A stretch of 64,000 nucleotides of DNA from Ruditapes philippinarum (Eukaryota), in the NCBI RefSeq assembly GCF_026571515.1, contig NW_026864055.1:124001-188000 (forward strand). Reading direction: 5' to 3'. A program made the position numbers and the translations under genes. Below the pieces are notes generated by a model. That model was not told the origin of the DNA. It saw only the letters and a program-made list of their open reading frames with translations, and ran no database searches. Below, in pieces: positions 54,344 through 64,000 of the stretch (its first letter is position 1; each line of letters begins with the position of its first letter).

Positions 54344-55661
54344 CTCAAAAAATAGAAACATACAGAATCCCTAAAGAAAGCCAAACACGGCAAAATTGAA
54401 AATGTTGCAGACTCGGTTTGATTGACTTTGTTCATGGACGGTACTGGAAAGTGAAAGTTACCGTCCACGCCCCCTAACACCGGCTTAAGCAGAAGTCAAC
54501 ATTTAAACGTGAAATAGTAAAATTTTGAATTTAGAAACATCCACTTATGTGTTCATACGGCGGTTATCATGGAACCTTCAATGTGACACCTCCGTGCCAT
54601 TCCATGAAAAGCGGCGTATGGTCCCTAAGTAATAAAAAGCGTGTGCCCTAAACGAGAAAACAATGGGCGGAACTAAATAAAATGGAATTTTGAAAGGGGA
54701 TCAAAGGTTATGAAGCCTGCGTATCACAGATAAGACGTCAAAAGACAAATTTAAAAAGCAAGCAACATATCCTAAGGGTGATTCAACATTATTCAAGTAG
54801 GAATATTGGAACCACCCAACTAGAAAATAATGCCGAAAAGTTGAAACTAAAAATACCACAAGCGCAACAATAATGTCGTGCTAAACGATCTTCAAGGATT
54901 GAAAATATAACATCATTGATTAAATGTACGGGGAGACTTTACAGCCGCCACACGGCACAAATAACACGGTTGTGCTCAAAAAATAGATACATACAGAATC
55001 CCTAAAGAAAACCCAACACGGCAAAATTGAAAATGTTGCAGACTCGGTTTGATTGAGCCTGTTCATGGACGGTACTGGAAAGTGCAAGTTACCGTCCACG
55101 CCCCTAGCACCGGCTTAAGCAGAATTCAACATTTAATCGTGAATTAGTAAAATTTTGAATTTAGAAACATCCACTTATGTGTTCATACGGCGGTTATCAT
55201 GGAACCTTGAATGTGACACCTCCGTGCCATTCCATTAAAAGCGGCGTATGGTCCCCAAGTAATAAAAAGCGTGTGCCCTAAACGAGAAAACAATGGGCGG
55301 GACTAAACAAACGGAATTTTGAAAGGGGATCAGAGGTTATGAAGCCTGCGTATCACAGGTAAGACGTCAAAAGACAAATTTAAAAAGCAGGCAACATATC
55401 CTAAGGTAGATTCAACATTATTCAAGTAGGAATATTGGAACCACCCAACTAGAAAATGCCGAAAAGTTGAAACTAAAAATACCACAAGCACAACAATAAT
55501 GTCGTGCTGAACGATCTTCAAGGATCGAAAATATAACATCATTGATTAAATGTACGGGGAGACTTTTCAATGTGACACCTCCGTGCCATTTCACGAAAAG
55601 CGGCGTATGGTCCCCAAGTAATAAAAAGCGTGTGCTCTAAACGAGAAAACAATGGGCGGAA
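54344..55661 (+). repeat. 631-bp tandem repeat: about 2 monomers plus a 95-bp internal fragment
   Basis: ctcaaaaaataga.acatacagaatccctaaag at 54344 and 54975; partial third copy at 55567-55661. It interrupts a block that is continuous in the tandem units. Confidence 0.95.
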
Positions 55662-56612
55662 CCAGATTTATGTGGTAGGGCCCTATTTAGAGCCATATTT
55701 TGCTCATATGACACAGATACTGGTAAGTTAAAGTAAAATTACTATGCATGATTTCAGGGATATTGCATTTTTCATAATCACAGATGTACAGACTCATTCA
55801 ATCAAACCGAGTCTGCAATTTTTATGTGATTTTGTTGTGACTTATGCTTCCGAGGGATCACTTTCTTTCCAGATTTTTAAAATAAGCGCTAACGATTTGC
55901 AGTCAACAGACATTCCAATTTAATTGCAGAATTTAACACTTGTTAAATTGTCGAGGACTTCCGACTGAGTTCAGATTGGAAAAAAATATCTTTGATTTGT
56001 TTTGTGTTATTTCATTTTTCTTAGATTGAATACATTAAGAATAATACAATTTAAATGACTTGTACAGTTATTTTTGAATTCCTTATATTATTTATATGCC
56101 TGTTCCCCTGATAAGATTGTAAAATGCGTCGCATGTAAATTGCTTCTTATTCTAGCAGTCGTCAGTTTTGAAATTAATATCCGCTCAGGCGTTGCTGTTA
56201 AAAATTAGAATAATGCATATACTTCTGATTGAAAATAAAGGCTATACAACACATTGTAGTTTGAGCATTTTTGAAAAAGGATTGTGATCAAAAGATCACA
56301 TCACGTTCTTCAAAGGAAAAACACAGTATGTGAACCACATCTGCTTGGTTCACCTATTTACATAAGTGCGATTCAATATTTATATCATGTTACCGTTATC
56401 TGTTTCCCAGACAGAGATCCAAATTATGTTATGTTTCATAACATAAATTCATTTTAATGAGAAAGTTTTGTTTTAGTATGAACATATTGTAATTTATTTA
56501 TGATAATGAACGAAAATATAATCTAGCAGAGTAACTGGTATTAAATGATTCCTGTAAGATTTTTTAGCGTTTTTTTTCCTTTAGTGACCACCACTATGTC
56601 AAATGTTAAAAA

Positions 56613-58080
56613 GAACTCGAAAAGATACAGCATGATGCTGCAAGAATTGTAAGTGTATGCACTAAACTTGTTTCCATATCGGAGCTCTATCACGAAATAT
56701 GCTGGGAAAGTCTTTCTGAGCGCCGTCGTAAACATAAATTAATTTTATTCTTTAAGATGGTAAATGGGATTTCTCCTGAATATATGTGTAATCTTGTTCC
56801 TAATACAGTAGGTGAAACAAGTCAGTATAATCTTCGTAACTCAACAAATCTCCAAATTATACCTACAAGAACTTCTCTATACGCTAATTCTTTTGTTCCT
56901 TCAACATTAAAAGAATGGAATGAGTTACCACTCAATGTTAGAAATGCAAACTCATTAATTAAACAACTTTAAGTCCCTCCTAAATCAGGGAAGTAGCAAA
57001 AACAATTCTTTATTCTATTACGGTGACAGGAAATATCAAATACTTCACACGCGACTCAGGAGAAATTGCAGCTCTCTCAATCAACATTTATTTTTAAAGA
57101 ATATTGTTTAATCGCCCCTTTGTCAGTGTGGTGAAATTGAGTCAACCAACAACTATTTTTATGAATGTCAAAGATTTGATAACAAAAGATGTATTCTGTT
57201 TAATACAGTATCAAATATTATTGCTCCTTCATTAGAGATCATCTTGTTCGGAACGGAATCCAAATCAATTGAAGCAAATGAGGTTATATTTTCTGCAGTT
57301 CATAAATATATCAAACTAAGTAAGAGGTTCGAAACATGATCTATCACACACCCGTGCCGATTTTGCGACTCCGTAAATATGGTATTGCACGGCCGTGCAT
57401 ATATTTTGACGTGACGTCATTAGCGTTATACAAACATAGTGTAAAACGCGCTAAATGTTAGCATTATACTATAGACACGTCAATGAAAAATGACTTTTAT
57501 TTCACTTTGAACGGTCTTTATTTTGGGTATTTGATAAATAGAATATTAAATTCGTGTAAGTTTATTACTGAATTTATTGCACTCGTTGAATAAAATAATA
57601 TTATGCTCGCCAGAGGCTCGCATAATATAATTTTATTCAACTCGTGCAATAAATTCAGTATTGAACATACACTCATTCAATATCTTCTATTTATTAATAC
57701 ATCTTGTACTCATTATCACAGTCGTCTTTTTTACCATTAAATTTGTATTCTCCAGAACCAGCCAAAGCAAGTCAGTTCCTAATGTGCTAGGATAACGTTA
57801 TATTTACAACTAATTCCCCCAATTTATTATATATGTCTGAATATGTATGTATCCTTAAGGTTTTGTTTCTCTAACATATGTATATCTAATATATGTATAT
57901 GAATTGATACACATTGTCTAAGTAGATTGATGCCATCACTTTGTTGTTAATTCAAAATAGAGTCGGAGAAAAACTATATAAGATTTTATATCTTTCGTTC
58001 TAATCCATTTCATCAATGTATATATTGCATGATTGTATATTATGTACTGTGTATGATTATGAATAAAATATGTTTAAACT
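56613..58080 (+). mobile_element. 3' end of a CR1-type LINE (ORF2 C-terminus and 3' UTR)
   Basis: IQHDAARIV..WESLSERRRKHKL..YNLRN..NSFVPSTLKEWNELP..HTRLR.NCSSLN.HL..CQCGEIE; stop at 57337-57339. Tail aataaaatatgtttaaact. Near-perfect TSD aaatgt(t/a)aaaaa at 56601-56612 and 58081-58092. Confidence 0.92.
57342..57693 (+). mobile_element. 350-bp long-hairpin non-autonomous element, copy 1 (inside the LINE 3' UTR)
   Basis: IR tatcacacaccc / gggtatttgata, followed by a ~155-bp palindrome centred on gctcgccagaggctcgc. Confidence 0.85.
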
Positions 58081-58167
58081 AAATGTAAAAAATGAACAAT
58101 CATTATCAATACAAATTAATTGTTGAATTAATATAAAGGCTTACAGGTTAAAAACAATTAGGTTAGA

Positions 58168-58517
58168 TATAGAGGATATTGAATTCGTGTAAGTTCAATA
58201 CTGAATTTATTGCACGAGTTGAATAAAATTATATTATGCGAGCCTCTGGCAAGCATAATATTATTTTATTCAACGAGTGCAATAAATTCAGTAATGAACT
58301 TACACGAATTTAATATTCTTTTTATCACATACCCAAAATAAAGACCTTTCAAAGTGAAATAAAATTCATTTTTCATTGACGCGTCTATAGTATAACGCTA
58401 ACATTTAGCGCGTTTTACACTATGTTTGTTTAACGCTAATGCCGTCACGTCAAAATATATGCACGGCCGTGCAATACCATATTTACGGAGTCGCAAAATC
58501 GGCACGGGTGTGTGATA
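58168..58517 (-). mobile_element. 350-bp long-hairpin element, copy 2 (inverted)
   Basis: Near-identical reverse complement of 57342-57693. Confidence 0.88.
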
Positions 58518-59381
58518 AATAAATTTATTTTATATCAATATTCCATGCGCAGACTTACACGGAAATGGGAGATTGCACCTACAATATTCATATTATACTT
58601 GTACCTTGTTATCGTTATTACAAGCTCGAACTTGAAATATTCGTGAATATATTCGATTCTTTACACAAGTTTGAAATATTGTTTGATTAATAAAAAAACC
58701 CAAATAACTTAATGCAATGAATAATGCATTTGCTCGTTAACTGATTTACAAAAAAATAATTTTCAACAAAAGAACCTATAAAGAAACATTACTCACTCTC
58801 GTTTACTACAAGCACAAGTTTTTCCATCCGACTTAATCCAATTTGGAAATACACTGTCGCGTGTTCTGTGACATCAAGTCAAATAATTACCGGTAACAAG
58901 ATATTAATACCAGCTGTTGTATACATGTTTAAAGACAAATCAACATATTGATTAACCAATCAAAGATACAAGAGAACCCAATTTGCTTTAGGAACAATGC
59001 AAATCATGTAAATAACATATAACCTTAACCAACTTTGTATCGAAGTTTAATACATTTTAAACTTCATCAATATCTACACACATTGCTCTTGTTTTATAAA
59101 GAGACACTTTGCAAAAGTAATCTATGTACGACAATGCCTTCCTTAAAAAATAATTAATTAAACGAACGACAACCGAAACACACAAAGGAACATTACAATA
59201 TTCTCGGTTTCCGAAACATTTTATTAGAAATCGGAAAATAAAACTGCTGGTATCAATGGGACCGATAATTAAAGAAATTGAGCAGCAGGTGCTAATATTG
59301 GCACGCTCAAAATGACGTAACGATTTGCAAAACAAAATTTTATTTTAAATTGTAATGCTAATAAGCAAACAAAGCGAGTTT

Positions 59382-59950
59382 GAAAAGGCGACATAAAGGG
59401 GTTACTTTTGTCGGCGCCGGTGTCGTTGCCGGCGTACCCTTAAGCTTGCCCGGAGCAAGTCCGTCATTATATCAAACTTGGTATACATGCTTTTAATAAT
59501 GACCCGAAGTGCAGTGCTCAAGAACCGGTTCTTTGCACTTCATATTTTTTAGTAATTACCCTCTGTTAATTTTCATTCTTTATTTTTGCCAAGGCCATTT
59601 CTCTTGAAATGTATAAAAGCTTTGGTCTTTAAACTTCATAGGATGATAGATCTCATTTAGAAAAAGTGCAGGGTACAGAAACCGGTACTCTGCACTTCTT
59701 ATTTTTGATTAATTGCCTTTTGTAAATTTTTATACTTTATTTTTGTCCGAAACATTTCACATAAATTAAAAAGCTATAGACTTGAAACTTCAAAGAAGAT
59801 AGATATTATTAAATAGTAGGGCAGTGCACAGAACCTTAACTTTAGTTATTGCCCTTTGTCAATTTTCATATTTTTGTTTTTGTCCTGGCTTTTTCTCCTA
59901 AACTATTTTCTTCTTCACAAAGCGACACATCCAACACGCGGAGTTCTAGT
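59382..59950 (+). mobile_element. Degenerate HINE with ~160-bp internal repeats
   Basis: aaggcgaca / aagcgaca end motifs, GC-rich gtcggc tract, three repeats of aaactt..ata....aagtgcag.g..ca.gaacc. Absent at the paralogous site ~38920-38970. Confidence 0.75.
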
Positions 59951-62682
59951 TCTTCTTCCTTGTTTTTGCCTTAAAGCACATAGTTATCTCTTGACAAAAA
60001 TGTTTCTTAATAGCCTTACATGTAGTGTAATTAACCTGAAGAAACAACGTTTTCTTGCGATAGTGTTTAATGATACGAGATGAATATAAGGTATAAATGT
60101 ACATGCAATTATGCCACAATGTACTTAAATGAGAACAACTTGAATTAAAACAAGGTTCTGACACACCTTTGACAATAAAAATGGTTTTTACTTACACATG
60201 GTGTGTCTTTCGTTGACAAAAAAAATCAAGCATATAATGTTGTCAATTTACGTGCATTTTTTCTGTCACAATATATGAATACTGGAAAACAAAAAAAAGT
60301 TACAAAAAAAAAACAACAACAACAAAACAATATTTGTTTCCCGCCGTTACTTTTACGAAGAAAGAAAGAAATGAAATGATATCGTAGAAAGGATTTCTAT
60401 ATGTTTGCATGTCGATTTTAAACCTTATACTTACCATTAACATTCTGTTTTCTTAAAATTTTAAAAGTATATAGAATCTTCAACATACAAGTATATCAAC
60501 ATCATGGAAGAAATTGCATCTTTACATACTCGACCTTTCTAAGCTGTTCTGTAAAATATCTGTAATAATTACCAGTTGTTTTTGTTAATTAGGTGTAAAC
60601 AGCTGTTCTTTCTGTTCACGTAAAGAGAATGTTTAGCTTATTGGTAAACCATTACAAAGACATGTTTTTTATTAAATGCACATTATGCCTCAAAAATCAA
60701 GGTCTTTTTTATTTTTTAGAAATATCAAATGCATGTATGTGTTAAATATATTTCATTTATGGATAAGGGGAAGCATGTAAGATGTTTCACAACTCAAGAA
60801 AGTAGCGCTAAACGTGCAGTTATATGTCGAAAAAAGGAGCAAATGTTAACAAAGTAGTATTTTGACCACCATACAAAATACTTATTCACCTTAATTATAC
60901 ATATAGACAGTCCATGTATATGACAAATGAGCACTAATTCTTCTTTAAAAACTGAAACAAGATACTAAAATTCTAGAAAAATAAAATTGCTAGCATTATG
61001 GATCTTTATCTTCGTTTGGCTGTTGTTGTTATGAATTAAAGCTGCATTAATTAAATATTTGACAATATTTTGCCGTCAGCCTAAAAACCAAGCAAACAGC
61101 AGTTTATTAAACTGTTTAACAGTATTGTTCTAAATCTAATAAAATTTTGTTAATATATTATGATTTGAAACAGACACAATAAAGTTCGTATACGAATTTT
61201 AACATGCAAATAAAGACCTACATCAGCTCGTGTATGCGCTACGTCACAGTGTTATAAATGCTATCTGGAACATTTTATTAATGAAATATCGCTATTTCAG
61301 TATTTATGAAATTTATTAAATGTAGCTTTAGCGATCGCAGTTTAAGAGTTATAGATACACTATAACTGTACATAGCAATTTTTTGTCTACTATAAGATCA
61401 GCAAAATGTAAGAATATAACTGTTTGTTTTGAGTGAATTACGGAAAGCAGCATTTTTTAATTTTTTTTATTTGCTGTAAAGCTTATGTGTATTGCTATCC
61501 GTAGACATAGACATATTAACAATCAAGATAATATTTTATTTTACAGACTGTAAGATTTCAAGATTGTTAGTACAGAGAGTCAGCTCTCGAAGATACAAAG
61601 TGTATTCAACGATTTTGAAACATTTCGAAGGCCTTCATCCTATTTTAAGTCTGTTATTTATTCTGTCTAGACTTAAGGGTCTCATATCTCTTTTAATGTA
61701 ATAGATGATTTACTTTTATTCAAGCAAAGTGAATAACAATCTAAAGCTAAATGTTTTTGAGGTCTTTAAAATTTTAAAATATATTGTTTATATCATAATA
61801 AAGATAAATAATATAAGAAGATAAAAATGAAAGAAATCGGTCTGCTTATTGCATTTATAACAGTTGAATGTACCATAAATATCCGCGAAATCACCTTGTA
61901 CAGACGAATATGTAAATTTCAACCATTTAACTTTCGTAAAGCATTTAGTAATTTAGTCATATAATTTATAACAAGCTCCCCAGGTGATGCTTTTTCACTT
62001 TAATTATATCCATTTGAGACAATTTCAATACCAGGAAAAACTCATGCACGTTTATTAGTCATTTAACTACCTTTGAACTTTTTGTGGTAATCGAAATAAG
62101 TGCAACATTGTTTCGAAGAATATGGTTGTAATAAAGCGTTTTATTACTTTTCATTATTTGTTCACGACGTGGCAAATTTTTCTTTGTCCGATGTGATGTG
62201 AATAGGTTTACAAATATCAATGTGAACACTTTAAATATTATGTCTTGGCACTGTGTCTTCTGTGCAACACTTTTACTCTCAATATTTTCTAGTATAATAA
62301 TTCCTTTCAATCAACACAAACATGTATCATCATTCCCTAAATTTGTTTTGAACTCACGGAATAATAAGAACCATCACTTCTTACATTCATCAGGATTTTT
62401 TTACACTCTCATTCGAAACGTTTGATGTTACGACATAAGCTTTCTGATGACATTTACAAATCTAATAACAATCCAGACTAGCCTAATGTTACATGCACAG
62501 TATCAACTTGGCAATGGAAATAGTATAAAACATCATATAGAGTCAATATTTTTCAAATTTCTTTTCCCAACCAGAAACACTATCTGCCTCAGCATGGAAA
62601 CTGAAAAGTACTGCTTTAGTGTGAGACAATAATTTCATTTCTATTATGTTCTTTATTCATCGGCACCAAATCAGTACCGACA

Positions 62683-62835
62683 TGTTGTGCTTGTGGTATT
62701 TTTAGTTTCAACTTTTCGGTATTTTGTAGTTGGCTGGTTCCAATATTCCTACTTGAATAATGTTGAAACACCCTTAGTATACATGTATGTTGCCTGCTTT
62801 TAAAATTTGTCTTTTGACGTCTTATTTGTGATACA
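62683..62835 (-). repeat. Second inverted fragment of the 631-bp repeat family
   Basis: Reverse complement of ~55350-55495 (ggttccaatattcctacttgaataatgttgaa). Confidence 0.88.
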
Positions 62836-64000
62836 CGTACGCAGCAATAATCTCATCAGATGTTGTTTTTGACCTAATTACTTAATCATACAAAATTCAA
62901 TGTTTTCTTGTTTATCAAAATGTGTTCGAATTCTGATCTGATTACACGTGTATAATTTTTAGACCCAGTTTAATATTGTTGATCATGCCGTATTATTATA
63001 TTGACACCGGTTCCTTTGCTCGTAAATAATTTCAGTGTCGTAGCAATTACAACAGTAAATAACATGTAAAATGAAGTTGATATTTTCAAAGTGACAAACA
63101 GAACCACTCGCTGTCTCAGCATTGATTTTGATAATGTAACCATAGTTATATTATTTCAGAAAACTTGTTTTAGGAAATAAAAAGACGTCTGGTGTTTGAC
63201 GTTTATTATTAATTGAATAGTATTATCAGCAAAACTCAGAGATAATCTCAGTAAATGTTGTTTGAGTGGTAATAGATATGTCGGATCAATGCCGTATTGT
63301 ATAATTAACAAATCCTGTCATTAAAATAAAGGAAATAGAAGGAATAATGACAGGTCATTATGTATATATGTCAAAAGGGTGCAGTATATTTAAAGAATTT
63401 GCTAAGAGCCTCCTTTAGAACTAGTTAGACAATGTTTACTCTATAATTCATAAATAACCATACATAATCGTTGCAACCATTTGTCAATATTGAATACCAC
63501 TTAGGTGCAGCACGTTAAAAGCATCTAACATGAATGTCATTTTACCTTAATTAAAACTTCCAGTTACTCAAACATGCACTTTTATATGCTTTACAAAATA
63601 ATTGATTTAATTCAGCAGCCTCAATTATATTGCAAATTATACATTTTGCTTTATATCTACATATTGATCATGCCAATCCTACTCGTAGTTTGATACTTAT
63701 GAACATTTTACAGCATTTTTATTAAATTTATAAACATGCATTTCTTTATTTCTGGTTTATTTTCTGACATATAAACATGCACATGGGTGTAATTTTGTGC
63801 TATAAAATCTACAAAATAGTCAATCAAAATGATAATATTCGTCTAAGTTATAAAATTGTAAAGTAATTGTATAAATTTTATATATCATCAAGTCTAAACA
63901 ACAAACATAACTGTGAAAGAAAATATGTTTTATATTAACAACTTGTAAAAGTTTCATCCTAACATTTGTTTATAAATTTATTTACTTAATTACGTTACAT

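Larger units (their letters stand above)
54280..63870. repeat. Older segmental duplication, copy B. The left part is homologous to 10320-10830 of the tandem unit; the right part to 37430-44480.
   Basis: aagctgaagaataa (54286), ccagatttatg..gccatatttt.ctcatatgacac (55662), ccgctcaggcgt..ctgttaaaa (56181), then colinear with copy A. Confidence 0.88.

Overview
AT-rich animal genomic DNA. The repeat families (tRNA-derived SINEs, Helentron-associated HINE-type elements, CR1/L2-group LINEs) suggest a mollusc, probably a bivalve; this is inference. One intact spliced gene is visible: minus strand, coding exons 2011-2080 and 573-958. It encodes a 151-aa protein with a signal peptide, 16 Cys arranged as knottin-like modules (6+4+6) and a GPI-type C-terminal tail. 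About 100 bp upstream of its 5' acceptor begins a ~34.5 kb array of four diverged ~8 kb tandem units (2229-36712). Two older partial paralogous blocks follow (~37430-44480 and ~54280-63870). The units hold no intact ORF, but they keep minus-strand splice signals, an EGF-like remnant, a Ser/Thr-rich remnant and a conserved non-coding block. They look like a decayed multi-exon gene that was amplified repeatedly and may lie inside the 5'-UTR intron of the knottin gene. Individual units carry private insertions whose empty sites are visible in the sister units: a SINE within a SINE, two HINEs and a 5'-truncated LINE with TSD. The right part has a satellite-bearing HINE, an hAT MITE with an 8-bp TSD, long-hairpin elements (one as an inverted pair), a 631-bp tandem repeat and a CR1-type LINE 3' end. 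No rRNA, true tRNA gene or CRISPR array was seen.
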